Both the position numbers and the translations under genes were made by a program. The notes below the pieces were generated by a model. The model did no database searches and was not told where the DNA came from. It saw nothing but the letters and a program-made list of their open reading frames with translations. Below are positions 1 through 13,198 of a stretch of DNA of 64,000 bases, in pieces. The DNA comes from Scyliorhinus canicula. Its lineage: Eukaryota. The stretch is taken from contig NC_052152.1 of assembly GCF_902713615.1 (NCBI RefSeq), positions 37,733,810 to 37,797,809 of the forward strand, written 5' to 3'. Position 1 is the stretch's first letter. Every line of letters starts with the position of its first letter.

Positions 1-1185
1 TAAAAAACGTCTCGTGCCGCTTCACAGGAGAGTTAACAACGTTTGTTTGCCACCAAGCCACAAAGAAGACAGTAAAAAAAGACCAAATATTGATAAAGAT
101 GTAGGTTTAAATGGCATTTTAGAGGAGAGAGAGAGGTTAAGTGAGGTGGAGATGCTATGAAAGGAAATTCCAGAGCTCAGGATGAAACTATAGCTACCAA
201 CAGTGGAACAATTAATATGGGGATGTGCAAGAGGAGTTGATTGGACTGCAAAATAAAAGGCTGGACCTGAGAGTATCTGGTGTTATAGATGTGGAAAATG
301 GGCTGCCTTCCAAGAACTCCACAAAGAAATGACAGTAGTAATCAAAATATAAAAAGCCAATATTCTCTTATTCTTCATTTCCAAGTGGTTTCTAAAGTAA
401 TTTCCTCAAAGCTAAAGATGACTAATATTCGCTATTCATTTAGATGGGGAAATAAAGTGGAAAAAATTAAGAATTCAAATTCAAACTGTTTGAGAGTGAT
501 CCCCAAGGAATTGACATGTTATAGAAACAGTGCCTTTTTCAGAGTAGGAGATGAGCAGAACGCTGAATATATTACATCTTTCTACGTTCAGAATATTGAA
601 AAATATGGAAACCAAATAGCTTACTCAATACTCATGTGGGATTCCGACTCTTTCCATGACTGCACAAACTCCACTTGGGTATCTCAGGGACCCATTAACT
701 ATCAGGATTCTAAATCCCTTATCATCTCGTTTAGAAATGGTACGGTTGCTCATGTAGAGATGCAAGGTACAATCGTTTGCACGGTCCATACTAGAATCAA
801 CAAAATAGTGCACAGTCTTCTAAAAATGGTTGCCCAAGACAAATTGCTGAGAGGGAGGCAACATCGGCTCATCTTTCTAGATAAGCCACGAATAGGATGA
901 ATGGTACATGGACATGATTTAATAAACTAATTCTCTCTACTTAAAAAAAGACTTCAAAACATGCTGAAAACCTAAAACACCTAGTCTAACAAAACAGGTC
1001 TCCTGAAGAATCACCAGAAAACACATACCTTCTGAAGTAACAGAGCACTTATTTCATGGAGGTTAGCACAAATACTGATTATCTCAGTTTAACAGTAGCA
1101 CCAAATCTGTTGAAGAGGGAAGACACAAACCTGGGAATTCTTTGCTAAAGTGAGGGCACAAAGCAGCTACCTCAACGCTCTAGCT

Positions 1186-1546
1186 CAGGGGTGGGCAAAC
1201 TACGGCCCGCGGGCCGCATGCGGCCCGCCAAAGGTATTTCTGCGGCCCACCAAGTCATTTTTTTTTTAAAATATTTTTTTTTAAATTTTTTTTTTTAAGG
1301 TTAATGGGGGGGGGTGCTGTTGTGTTACTTACTGGTATAGGGTGGATACGTTGACTTGAGTAGGGTGATCATTGCTCGACACAACGTCGAGGGCCGAAGG
1401 GCCTGTTCTGTGCTGTACTGTTCTATATGAGGCGCCCAGAATCATAACCGGGTGAAGTAATTATTTTACTTAATATACTATGCGGCCCTTTGTGAATTGT
1501 GAATTTCTGAATGTGGCCCTTGCACGGAAAAGTTTGCCCACCCCTG
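1186..1546. mobile_element. Non-autonomous hAT-type DNA transposon (MITE) carrying a SINE 3' fragment
   Basis: TIRs CAGGGGTGGGCAAACT / AGTTTGCCCACCCCTG; exact 8-bp TSD CTCTAGCT (1178-1185, 1547-1554); subterminal GGCCCGC motifs typical of hAT/Charlie elements. Confidence 0.9.
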
Positions 1547-1648
1547 CTCTAGCTCTTCCGTACCTGGTGTTTTATACAGTTCAAGCATAACCACCCTGCT
1601 CTTGTTATATGCCTTGTCTAATAAAGGATAGTGTCGCTTATGCCTTCA

Positions 1649-1875
1649 TTTTTTAAAATAAATTTAGAGTACCCAATTCATTTTTTCCCAATTAAGGGGC
1701 AATTTAGCGTGATCAATCCACCTACCCTGCACATCTTTGGGTTGCGAGGACGAAACCCATGCAAACACGGGGAGAATGTGCAAACTCCACACGGACAGTG
1801 ACCCAGAGCCGGGATCGAACCTAGGACCTCAGCACCGTGAGGCTGCAGTGCTACCACTGTGCCACCGTGCTGCCC
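1649..1875 (-). mobile_element. tRNA-derived V-type SINE, short A-tailed subfamily
   Basis: Reverse complement has GGGCAGCACGGTGGC head, GGTTCGATCC B-box, core ...CAAAGATGTGCAGGGTAGGTGGATTG..., ending AATTGGGTACTCTAAATTTATTT(A)n. About 15 similar copies in the window (e.g. 11540-11760 -, 12015-12215 +, 24805-25000 -, 25701-25897 +, 31525-31745 +, 39430-39635 -, 40980-41200 -, 48085-48310 +, 56435-56640 +, 56654-56820 +, 58394-58622 +, 60107-60300 +, 63130-63350 +). Confidence 0.85.
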
Positions 1876-2324
1876 TCCCTTATGCCTTCATGACCACCTT
1901 ATCTATCTATTCCGTTACATTCAAAATTTGGTGGAGGAGCATGCTGTTTCTCTAGAATTCTCATTACCCTGCCATTTGGTATGTACTTCCTTGCCTAGTT
2001 TGCTCTCCCCAAATCTATTAACACACATTTCTTCATATTGCAATTTTGTTCATCAAACCAGTTCATTGACAACTTTCTTCCTCATGGCTAAGCACACAGC
2101 TAATCTTGTATTTACGTAAACCTCATCTTTGTAATCAGGAAAACATTCTATCAAATAAAAATTTGAGAGAGTCTTTTGCTGAATGTCAAATATGTTTCAT
2201 GCTTTTATGAAAATTTTGCTACTTGACATAGCAATGGTAATATTTGGGAGATGTTAATGTAAATCACAAGTGCTTTGGGCTTATTCTAATACACCTCTTC
2301 CACTTCAGGAATGGTCCACTCCAC

Positions 2325-2645
2325 ACAGAACACACAGTGCAGAAGGAGGCCATTCGGCCCATCGAGACTGCAGCGACCCACTTAAGCCCTCACTTCCACC
2401 CTATTCCCGTAACCCAATAACCACTCTTAACCTTTTTATTCACTAAGGGCAATTTAACATGGCCAATCCACCTAACCTGCACATTTCTGGACTGTGGGCG
2501 GAAACCGGAGCACCCGGTGGAACCCCACACAGACACGGGGAGAACGTGCAGACTACGCAGAGACAGTGACCCAGCGGGGAATCGAACCTGGGACCCTGGC
2601 GCTGTGAAGCAACAGTGCTATCCACTTGTGCTACCGTGCTGCCCA
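2325..2645 (-). mobile_element. tRNA-derived V-type SINE with CR1-like tail
   Basis: Head, B-box and V core (GGGTTCCACCGGGTGCTCCGGTTTCCGCCCACAGTCCAGAAA); tail GATGGGCCGAATGGCCTCCTTCTGCACTG. Related copies at 10381-10726 -, 18290-18505 -, 20948-21243 -, 26727-27052 +. Confidence 0.85.
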
Positions 2646-3035
2646 GACTTCAGAAAAGGTGTAAAGGCCTCAGAAGCGTAGAGAAAAAATTTAGCAAAAT
2701 CTTACCAGGGATGAGGGACCAGTTATGAGGAGAGGTTGGAAAAGTTAGGACAATTCTCCTTGGAACAGAGAAGATTGAGGGGTAGCCTAAAAGGAGCTTT
2801 AAGGAAAAATATTCCTGTGGTAAATTAGTAAGTAATTCAAAGTCACGAATTTGAAACCGTCAGAAATCTGAAACATAGCTGAAAACTGTTGGAAGCGGAG
2901 TCCATAAATAATTTTAAAAGGGAGTGGGAAGATAAGCAGATTAGAGAAAATTTGTGACATGGGGCTGAGCAAGACTGCTCTTTCAAAGATACCTGGCCAA
3001 GCAGCCTCCATCTATGCTGTAAGTTTCAATGATTT
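2646..3035 (+). mobile_element. Degraded CR1 LINE 3' fragment
   Basis: Decayed match to the CR1 ORF2 C-terminus and 3'UTR seen in the younger copy at 6590-7070. Confidence 0.55.
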
Positions 3036-3464
3036 CTAAGTAATGGATTTCTACACTGGGATAGATTTAATTGATTTATGGCATTGGCTCCTGGAGGACT
3101 CAACTTGTGCATCAACACCATTACTAATAAAAGGTCCCTCGAGGATGTAGCACATAAAAATAGAACTTCATCTGCAATGGTGAGTGCTCAATTTGGATCA
3201 TATATGCACTTGAAACTGCTCGACTCAATACACGGTCTCCATTTATGTACGCTTACACCTTTGTGAAGCACCTTGGGAGGCTTTTGTACGTTAAAGTCAC
3301 TATAGAGATGCAAGTTGTTTATTCCTTTTCATAACATATAAAAATCATCAGATGCACATTAAACATTATACAAAGTGTAAACAGCTTTAGCACAAAGGCC
3401 AGTTTTCAGAAGTGCAAACTTCTCTCGTAGTTACAGGATATCACAAGCAATAATACGCTATACC

Positions 3465-3817
3465 AGTGGTGAGCAACCTGCGGCCAGGGGGCCACATATG
3501 GCCCATCAGGGTTCGGAGTGCGACCCACGAGACTGTTGCTCACGTGCAGAGTTGCCACCTTACGCTGGTTTTCATCCAAGTAGCTTTTTTCCTACTGGTA
3601 TAACTAAAATGATGCACATGTAAAGACTGGGCACGTGAAGTGAGGCGCATGCTGATAGCACACAACATTGACGGTGAGAGCCGTATGCTCCCTCTACATC
3701 CAATCAAGCGTAAATATTTCTTTTGTTTTTACCACTTGAAGTTGATGGCAGTTCTATTAATATATGAATGATTAACTTATGAAATATTTGGCATGTATTA
3801 AATGTATTCAATCTTAC
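3465..3817. mobile_element. hAT-like MITE remnant interrupted by the CR1 at 3818
   Basis: CAGTGGTGAGCAACCTGCGGCC start resembles a hAT TIR; a degenerate right end may lie at ~7075-7135. Confidence 0.45.
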
Positions 3818-6800
3818 TCAAGGGGGGGAAGGGAAAGTCAGGGAACCAAGAGGTGAAGGAATCAGTGGGAAGCGTAGCTGCTTAGGATTACAAAAAATCA
3901 CGAAAAGACAGAGCTCAGGAGAGGTTACGATAGTCCCCATCTCACAAAATATGACAGAGTGTATGGAAAGGCTCAGTAAACCAAGGTCCACCACACTAAG
4001 AAAACAAAAAGGGACAGTCAATAGGGAATTAAAGGTGCTATATTTAAATGCCCGCAGTGTACGGAACAAGGTAGATGAGCTTGTGGCCCAGATTGTGACT
4101 GGCAGGTATGATGTGGTAGGCATCACAGAGACGTGGTTGCAGGGGGTTCAGGACTGGCAGTTAAACATCCAGGGATTTACAACCTATCGAAAAGACAGAG
4201 AGGTGGGTAGAGGGGGGCGGGGTTGCCTTGTTAATTAGAAATGAAATTAAATCAATAGCACTAAACGACATAGGGTCAGACGATGTGGAGTCTGTGTGGG
4301 TAGAGTTGAGGAACCACAAAGGCAAAAAAACCATAATAGGAGTTATGTACAGGCCTCCTGACAGTGGTCAGGACCAGGGGCACAAAATGCACCACGAAAT
4401 AGAAAGGGCATGTCAGAAAGGCAAGGTCACAGTGATCACGGGGGACTTCAATATGCAGATGGACTGGGTAAATAATGTTGCCTGTGGACCCAAAGAAAGG
4501 GAATTCATTGAATGTTTACAGGATGGCTTTTTGGAACAGCTTGTGATGGAGCCTACGAGGGAACAGGCTATTCTGGACTTAGTGTTATGTAATGAGCCAG
4601 AATTGATAAAAGACCTTAAAGTAAGGGAACACTTAGGAAGCAGTGATCATAATATGGTAGAATTCAGTCTGCAATTTGAAAGAAAGAAGGTAGAATCAGA
4701 TGTAAAGGTTTTACAGTTAAATAAAGGTAATTACAGGCGCATGAGGGAGGAACTGACGAAAATCGACTGGAAGCAGAGCCTAGTGGGAAAGACAGTAGAA
4801 CAGCAATGGCAGGAGTTTCTGGGAGTAATTGAGGACACAGTGCAGAGGTTCATCCCAAAGAAAAGAAAGCTTATCAGAGGGAGGATTAGGCAGCCATGGC
4901 TGACAAAGGAAGTCAGGGAATGCATCAAGGCAAAAGAGAGAGCCTATAATGTGGCAAAGAGTAGTGGGAAGTCAGAAGATTGGGAAGGCTACAAAAACAA
5001 ACAGAGGATAACAAAGAGAGAAATAAGGAAGGAGAGGATAAAATATGAAGGTAGGCTAGCCAGTAACATTAGGAATGATAGTAAAAGTTTCTTTAAATAC
5101 ATTAAAAACAAACGGGAGGCAAAAGTAGACATTGGGCCGCTCCAAAATGACGCTGGTAATCTAGTGATGGGAGACAAGGAAATAGCTGAGGAACTTAATA
5201 AGTACTTTGCGTCAGTCTTCACGGTAGAAGACATGAGTAATATCCCAACAATTCAGGAAAGTCAGGGGGCAGAGTTGAATATGGTTGCCATCACAAAGGA
5301 GAAGGTGCTAGAGAAACTAAAAGGTCTGAAAATTGATAAATCTCCGGGCCCAGATGGGCTACATCCTAGAGTTCTAAAGGAGATAGCTGAAGAAATAGTG
5401 GAGGCGTTAGTTATGATCTTTCAAAAGTCACTGGAATCAGGGAAAGTCCCAGAGGATTGGAAAATCGCTGTTGTAACCCCCCTGTTCAAGAAGGGAACAA
5501 GAAAAAAGATGGAAAATTATAGGCCAATTAGCCTAACCTCGGTTGTTGGCAAAATTCTAGAATCCATCGTTAAGGATGAGATTTCTAATGGGCTGGTTTA
5601 GCTCACCAGGCTAAATCGCTGGCTTTTCAAGCAGGCCAGCAGCACGGTTCGATTCCCGTACCAGCCTCCCCGGACAGGCGCCGGAATGTGGCAACTAGGG
5701 GCTTTTCACAGTAACTTCATTGAAGCCTACCCGTGACAATAAGCGATTTTCAAGGATGAGATTTCTAAATTCTTGGAAGTGCAGGGTCGGATTAGGACAA
5801 GTCAGCATGGATTTAGTAAGGGGAGGTCGTGCCTGACAAACCTGTTAGAGTTCTTTGAAGAGATAACAAATAGGTTAGACCAAGGAGAGCCAATGGATGT
5901 TATCTATCTTGACTTCCAAAAGGCCTTTGACAAGGTGCCTCACGGAAGACTGCTGAGTAAAATAAGGGCCCATGGTATTCGAGGCAAGGTACTAACATGG
6001 ATTGACGATTGGCTGTCAGACAGAAGGCAGAGAGTTGGGATAAAAGGTTCTTTTTCGGAATGGCAACCGGTGACAAGTGGTGTCCCGCAGGGTTCAGTGT
6101 TGGGGCCACAACTGTTCTCTTTATATATTAACGATCTAGATGACGGGACTGGGGGCATTCTGGCCAAGTTTGCCGATGATACAAAGATAGGTGGAGGGGC
6201 AGGTAGTATTGAGGAGGTGGGGAGGCTGCAGAAAGATTTAGACAGTTTAGGAGAATGGTCCAAGAAGTGGCTGATGAAATTCAACGTGGGCAAGTGCGAG
6301 GTCTTGCACTTTGGAAAAAAGAATAGAGGCATGGACTATTTTCTAAACGGTGACAAAATTCATAATGCTAAAGTGCAAAGGGACTTGGGAGTCCTAGTCC
6401 AGGATTCTCTAAAGGTAAACTTGCAGGTTGAGTCCGTAATTAAGAAAGCAAATGTAATGTTGTCATTTATCTCAAGAGGCTTGGAATATAAAAGCAGGGA
6501 TGTACTTCTGAGGCTTTATAAAGCACTAGTTAGGCCCCATTTAGAATGCTGTGAGCAATTTTGGGCCCCATACCTCAGGAAGGACATACTGGCACTGGAG
6601 CGGGTCCAGCGGAGATTCACACGGATGATCCCAGGAATGGTAGGCCTAACATACGATGAACGTCTGAGGATCGTGGGATTATATTCATTGGAGTTTAGGA
6701 GGTTGAGGGGCGATCTAATAGAAACGTACAAGATAATGAATGGCTTGGATAGGATGGACGTAGGGAAGTTGTTTCTATTAGCAGGGGAGACTAGGACGCG

Positions 6801-7072
6801 GGGGCACAGCCTTAGAATAAAAGGGAGTCACTTTAGAACAGAGATGAGGAGAAATTTCTTCAGCCAGAGAGTGGTAGGTCTGTGGCGGTGGAGGCCGGGA
6901 CATTGAGTGTCTTTAAGACAGAAATTGATAAATTCTTGATTTCTCGAGGAATTAAGGGCTATGGGGAGAGAGCGGGTAAATGGAGTTGAAATCAACCATG
7001 ATTGAATGGTGGAGTGGACTCGATGGGCCGAATGGCCTTACTTCCACTCCTATGTCTTATGGTCTTATGGTC
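3818..7072 (+). mobile_element. Young 5'-truncated CR1 LINE (APE endonuclease + reverse transcriptase ORF2)
   Basis: ORFs 3951-4238 (YLNARS, GITETW), 4228-5601 (GDFN, SDH, SPGPDG, NYRPISL) and 5773-6906 ([24 protein letters not shown]); tail (TATGGTCT)n; a frameshift near 4215, a SINE insertion at 5589 and a small deletion near 6885. Confidence 0.95.
5589..5751 (+). mobile_element. Short tRNA-derived SINE (GGGCTGGTTTAGC head) inserted in CR1 ORF2
   Basis: 17-bp TSD AAGGATGAGATTTCTAA (5572-5588, 5752-5768); B-box GGTTCGATTCC. Other copies at 13345-13425 -, 24028-24208 +, 51541-51650 -, 55870-56064 -, 59465-59625 -. Confidence 0.9.
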
Positions 7073-7183
7073 ATAGTTAGTGAACATGCCCAAATTCAAT
7101 CGGGCAGCCCACTCACTCGCCTGTGTTGACCATTATGGGGCCATACTCAACAATTTGATAATAGCAAGTTCATAAGTCAACCC

Positions 7184-7795
7184 TATTATGGGCCAGGGTT
7201 TAGAGAACCCCAAAGTGTATCATGGAGTTCACCTGACCCACAACATTTACTAGATTGTGGTATGCAGAGCACACGGCCCACTCTACAGGTGTGGTACAGC
7301 AGAAATGGAAAAGTATTTTTTAAAAGCAAAACAATGTTCATTCTATGAACTCAAGTTAACCTTTTTAAAACATAGTGAGCATCTTAGCAACCATCAATTC
7401 AAATACAACCCCAAAGAATACAACACTAAGTAATCCTTTAAGCTTTCCTTTTAACATCCATAAGACTGTAAAAAAAAACCTTCAAAACAGAAAGACATCT
7501 GTCTTAACTTCACTACTGATAATATTTATAATTCTGAATTCACCAAATGAGCCAGAGATCGTCTTTTGGTGGCAAAGAGAACAGCAGTAACCTGCTTGGT
7601 CTGGCTTCAGCTCCAACACTGAAAACAAAACTAAAACACACCCTGCAGCATGCTCAAAGACGAAAGTAAAAAGCTGACAGACAGACCAGCTCCACCCACC
7701 GACATCACTGCAGTAGTAAATACCCATTTCTTAAAGGTTCTCTCACGACAGATATTTATATACACACCATTTCTTAAAGGTACTGTCACATGACA
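7184..7795. mobile_element. Solo LTR-like repeat
   Basis: Ends TATTATG...CATGACA (degenerate TG..CA inverted termini), near-matching 4-bp flanks ACCC/TCCC, internal duplication of CCATTTCTTAAAGGT. Confidence 0.55.
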
Positions 7796-8095
7796 TCCCA
7801 ACATGCTACAGACAATGAATATACCAAAATACTAACCGAACCATTCAACCTCTTGTGAGGACATTTTGTATAAAATTATCAAGTAAAATATCAATGAATA
7901 TTTCTCTTTGGAATACTCAGTAGCCCTACAAGCCTCCCGCCTTTGTGGACATGTGATCTGATAACAGATACACTCCCACAACAGACTAGAAACTAAATAG
8001 TGGGTAAGCTCTCTCCATTAATTTTCAATCCTTGTCGGTAGATGCTGCAGCTCTTACTCAGCAGTTCTCCATTAAACGTGGCTGAGATATATGCA

Positions 8096-8438
8096 GGGCA
8101 GCAGGGTAGCATGGTGGTTAGCATAAATGCTTCACAGCTCCAGGGTCCCAGGTTCGATTCCCGGCTGGGTCACTGTCTGTGTGGAGTCTGCACGTCCTCC
8201 CCCTGTGTGCGTGGGTTTCCTCCGGGTACTCCGGTTTCCTCCCACAGTCCAAAGATGTGCGGGTTAGGTGGATTGGCCATGCTAAATTGCCCGTAGTGTC
8301 CTAATGAAAGTAAGGTTAAAGGGGGTGTTGTTGGGTTACGGGTATAGGGTGGATACGTGGGTTTGAGTAGGGTGATCATGGCTCGGCACAACATTGAGGG
8401 CCGAAGGGCCTGTTCTGTGCTGTACTGTTCTATGTTCT
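8096..8438 (+). mobile_element. Full-length V-type SINE with CR1-type (TATGTTC)n tail
   Basis: tRNA-like head with A/B boxes, V core, 3' GGGCCGAAGGGCCTGTTCTGTGCTGTACTGTTCTATGTTCTA; near-identical antisense copy at 29942-30277. Confidence 0.9.
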
Positions 8439-8592
8439 AAACCTGCATCAATTCCCGCCATATGGCTGGGAGTGCTGAAAAGCAACATGCTTCCAAGGCA
8501 CATTTTTTAAAAACTTATACAGTACAAACATTAAATATTCAATGGTTCAAAAGCATTACGCTTGGAGATTTCCAAACTTAACCACAAACGCA

Positions 8593-9131
8593 TGGGTGGC
8601 ACTGTAGCAGTGTTTAGCACTGCTGCTTCATGGGGCAGCACGGTGGCACAGTGGTTAGCATTGCTGTCTACAGCGCTGAGGACCCGGGCTTGAATCCCGA
8701 CCCTGGGTCACTGTCTGTGTGGAGTTTGCACATTCTCCCCATGTCTGCGTGGGTTTTGCCCCCACAACCCAAAGATGTGCAGGGTAGGTGGATTGGCCAT
8801 ACTAAAGTGCCCCTTAATTGGCAAAAATTATTGGGTACTCTAAAAAAAATTTTTTTTTTTTTTTTTAAAAAGCACTGCTGCTTCACAACGCCAGGGACCC
8901 GGGTTCAATTCCGGCTGGCTCACCATCTGTGCAGTCTGCACGTTCTCACCATGTCTGCGTGGGTTTCCTCCCACAAGTCCCGAAAGATGTGTTTGTTAGG
9001 TGAATTGGACATTCTGAATTCTCCCTCTGTGTACCCGAACAGGTGCCGGAATGTGGCGACTAGGGGATTTTCACAGTAACTTCATTGCATTGTTAATGTA
9101 AGCCTACTTGTGACACTAATAAAGATTATTA
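8593..9131 (+). mobile_element. SINE nested in SINE
   Basis: An A-tailed SINE (8631-8870) splits the head of a SINE ending GTGACACTAATAAAGATTATT; 15-bp TSD AGCACTGCTGCTTCA at 8616-8630 and 8871-8885. Confidence 0.85.
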
Positions 9132-9188
9132 ATACTGTACATAATATCACAAGTGGATTACTTTAATGCATCACATGTAGGCCTCTGC

Positions 9189-9857
9189 TGTAAGGGCCCT
9201 TCCTCTTTATTCCCTTATTTCCCCTTTGTTTTATTTTGCCGTTATCATTTTGATCCACAACACCATAAGACATAGATCAATTGACATGTGTCTTTAAGTC
9301 AAGCAGCAGAGATGAGTGGGGAATTCAGGAGTTATGAAGAGAACACTCTGCTAGTTTGAACAGGAGATCTCAAACTTTTTGGCACCAGAGAGATGGGATG
9401 GGGCCCACTTTGGTTGATTGGCTGGTGGCCAATGAATTGGCCAAAAGGCTGTACACTGTCTGTTAACAGGTGGTGGTTAGATCCTACCCCAGTGGGGGAT
9501 CCCAGAGACCTCAGGGAGCAGTCGAGTCCTAGACACAAGGACCTGCACACTCTTTCTCCTCCACATTTTCTCCAGGAAAGTTGTATAACCACTGTATTTC
9601 TGAAGCTGCAGAGAACGTAAATGAATTAAAATCTACAGGGAAACCATTACAGGTTGCAAACAAAGACAAGGACCTGTTCACTCTCCCTCTCTCTCTCTCT
9701 CTCTAGAAAAGCTGTAATTTCCAAACCTGGTGACTGTAATTATTGGGCTGCGAGTATTTTGAGTATTTTTCCAATAATTATTGCTTAATTCACTGTGTTG
9801 TTATTCCGGGCCAAGTGGAGTTGGAATTGACGCGCAATAACCCAGGCTGTCATAACA
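9189..9857. mobile_element. Possible solo LTR-like repeat
   Basis: TGTAAG...CATAACA termini, CCAAT motifs, (CT)n. Similar TG..CATAACA architecture at ~58641-59428 and a related segment at ~40057-41380. Confidence 0.35.
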
Positions 9858-10284
9858 TTGCCAAGACAAGGTTTAAATCGCACCTTCGTCTGACAATGTT
9901 AGAAATGCAGGTCCCTTTAACAGTAAACTACGCCTTGCTTCAGAGTGAACTGAGCAGGTGATGCTTACTGAAGCCTGTACTTAAACAGCAGGGCTTTTCC
10001 CCAGTAGGAGGTTGCTTCTGCACAGAGAGAGGATTCAGAAAGGAAGAGTGGAAACTAGTATTTGTATTGAACTTTCTACTACCATGATAAAACTGTCTTC
10101 TTCTGCCTAATTTGATAAATGAACATTCACCTATAAAACACATCGGCCTTGTATAAGGGAGGGCTTTATCAATCTTAGCCAAACAGCTAGGTGAGAAACA
10201 TGGGACATACAAAATGGGTTATATTTTATTGTAAAAATAATGGTACCTCTGTGAACGTCAAGAACTTGACAGGTGAACTAGACA

Positions 10285-10926
10285 GGGCGGCACGGTAGCA
10301 CAGAGGGTACCACTGTTGCCTCACAGCGCCATTTTTGATTCCCAGTTTGGGTCACTGTCTGTGCGCCGTCTGCACGTTTTACATAGAATTTACAGTGCAG
10401 AAGGAGGCCATTCGGCCCATCGAGTCTGCACCGCCTCCCGGAAAGAGCACCCTACCCAAGGTTAACACCTCCACCCTATCCCCATAACCCAGTAACCCCA
10501 CCCAACACTAAGGGCAATTTTGGACACTAAGGGGAATTTATCACGGCCAATCCACCTAACTTGCACATCTTTGGACTGTGGGAGGAAACCGGAGCACCCG
10601 GAGGAAACCCACGCACACACAGGGAGGATGTGCAGACTCCGTACAGACAGTGACCCAAGCCGGAATCGAACCTGGGACCCTGGAGCTGTGAAGCCATTGT
10701 GCTATCCACAATGCTACCATGCTGCCACGTTCTCCCGTGTCTGCATGGGTTTCCTCCGGGTGCTATGATTTCCTCCCACAAGTCCTAAAGATGTGCTGTT
10801 AGGTGATTTTGACATTCCGAATTCTCCCTCAGTGTACCCGAACAGGCACCGTAGAGTGGCGATTTTCACAGTAACTTCATTGCAGTGTTAACGTAAGCCT
10901 ACTTGTGACAATAATAAAGATTATTA
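10285..10926. mobile_element. Antisense CR1-tailed SINE nested in a sense SINE
   Basis: Head 10285-10378 and body 10727-10926 are interrupted by a minus-strand SINE at 10381-10726; short duplication CACGTT at the junctions. Confidence 0.8.
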
Positions 10927-13198
10927 TTTTTTAAAAGACCTGTCCATTTCAATGTACGTACCCTTTTGCCGACCTATTGATTACTAGAAATCAAGTTGGG
11001 GCACTGAAAATGAACAATAATAAATGAGGACCTCAGTTCTTCAAATTTTAAATGTCATTGGAGATTTTCAAAATGTAAAATTGTAAAGTACTTTTCATAA
11101 AAAAACTTTTCCTTTACCTCTTCTCTCTCAAACCAATTTTGCGTTCTCTTGCTTATTTCTATCACTCTATCTGATCTGACAATTAATTCACCCACTCTAA
11201 TTGACACTTCTTGGCATTGCTAATTTCACAATTATTTGACAGGATTAGCTACGGTAATAAGAGAATTGTTTTCCCTGTTCACTGCGTTCCCATATACCCT
11301 GCTTCCCCTCACTGCGTGGTTATCAGCTTGAACTTTCAGCAACCCGCCATACAAAACAAAAACCCAAATATGCAATGGAAAATCTAACTCCGACGTTGTT
11401 AGATGCCCTTCCCCAGCAAATAATGGACCAGTCATATCAATGCAAAGTATAAATGGTGGGAGGAGTAGGGGAAAACACAGATATATGCTTATTCACTCAA
11501 TTGTCTACATATTCACTCAAAGATGTAGTATAAATCAATGTTTTTTTATAAATTTTGAGTACTCAGTTCTTTTTTTCCCCAATTAAGGGGCAATTTAGCA
11601 TGGCTAATCCACCTACCCTGCATATCTTTTGGGTTTGTAGGGGTGAGGCCCATGCAGACACAGGGAGAGTGTGCGAACTCCACACAGACAGTAACCCGGG
11701 GCCGGGATCGAACCTGGGTCCTCGGCGTCAGGAGGCAGCAGTGCTAAGCACTGCGCCACACAAATAAATCAGAGTCAATGGATGTCTGTGCCTGCCATCT
11801 AAGATGATCAAATATTATGGCAACTAAGTTTCTAACAGCAGTGTTTCTGCTTTGGGAACAATTAGCAGTCAGAGTGAAAATGTGTTCAAATTGCACTAGT
11901 TTCCAGAAATGATTTTTCTTTGCTCAGGTTTCTGTTCAAATTCACTAAATGTAAAATCTGTCATGAACCAGGCAGGATTTTAGAACTCCATTGCATTAAA
12001 GAACATTCCTTGATGGGCGGCACGGTGGTCAGCACTGCTGTCTCACAGCACCGAGGACCAGAGTTCAATCCCGGCCCACTGCCCATGTGGAGTTTGCATA
12101 TTCTCCCTGTGTCTCATGGGTCTCACCCCCACAAACCAAAGATGTGCAGGTTGGGTAGACTGGCTACGCCAAATTGCCCCTTAATTGGAAAAAAGAAATA
12201 CATATTTTTTTTTTAAAACATTCCTCGATAGATTTTGTAGAACCCAAACGGGAGAGGCGACAGGAACACATTGCGACTGGTTTACTGCTGTATACACAAA
12301 ATCATGAAACCTACTGCTCCTCTCCCTGAAGGGCCACCCTCCCTGACCTGCACCCAGATCAGGGTTTTTATGGATTAGATTTCCCTTCTTAAGAGGAAAC
12401 CCCGCCCCCAATTACTGGGAGAGTTCACACCCAGTTATGTAAGGCGGAAATCGAATGAGCACAGTCCTTGGCCTCTATGGGGGTCATAACAGGTTAAAGA
12501 GTGGTAACCTGGTTAAGTTTTACTAATGCAGCTGAAAATTGGTTTATTACAAAAAAAAGCATTTTAATCAGTGTTCAGTCCACCACTTGTGAGTAACCTT
12601 TAAAAATACACAGAATCATTAATTATTTCCATTAATGTACAGTTGTCAGTTTCTTCAAGCATTTTAAAGGTCTTTGCACCTATAAAAAAAAGCTTAATTC
12701 TAAGTACCTCCTTGAAGGCCTGCAAAAATGGGGTCAATTCGCAAAATCCCACCTGGGTTAAGAATTCAATTTGGGGCGAGGGAGTTCTACGGTCAGATCT
12801 GGCATCCAAAGCAATACCTTTTAAACTAAGATCGCAGAAACCTAACCTGCATTGGATATAATTTGCGTTTGAATTCCCTTGATAATTTATACCAGTTTGT
12901 CCACTTTTAGACCAATTACTTTTCCAATTGGTAATTGCCACCAACTTGCTGCAGACAAAATGAAAGCCAAATCACTCAGTTACAATCATCAACTTCAATT
13001 ATTCTTCATAACCCTCAAATCGAATATCAAGTAGGACTCTGATTTATAGTGAACACTGGCATCTTAACAGCACTGAGAAAGAATGCATTCTGTAATAATC
13101 TGTTGCCTTCATCGGGAAAGCAATAAACCATACAAGCAGAAGAGGAGTTAATAGTAAAGTTGAAGTTGCAGACCCAACAATAAAGTTGAACTTTGTAC

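Noticed and set aside
289-900. 203-aa + strand ORF
   Set aside because: Starts in an L2-like remnant, AT-rich, no recognisable motif or splice context, and antisense to the presumed host intron
8096-8170. tRNA-like sequences with A/B boxes
   Set aside because: They are SINE heads fused to SINE cores, not standalone tRNA genes
9969-10131. Possible minus-strand exon (ttttatag|GT GAA TGT...TCA|gtaagc)
   Set aside because: Phase 1 start does not join the phase-0 exon at 13199 and the peptide is not recognisable; left unresolved
11540-12215. Inverted SINE pair as functional dsRNA
   Set aside because: The copies are diverged, and such pairs are expected at this SINE density
12848-12948. Possible minus-strand exon (tctgcag|...CAG|gttagg)
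   Set aside because: The phase-0 frame hits a stop and the open frame is incompatible with the neighbouring candidate exons
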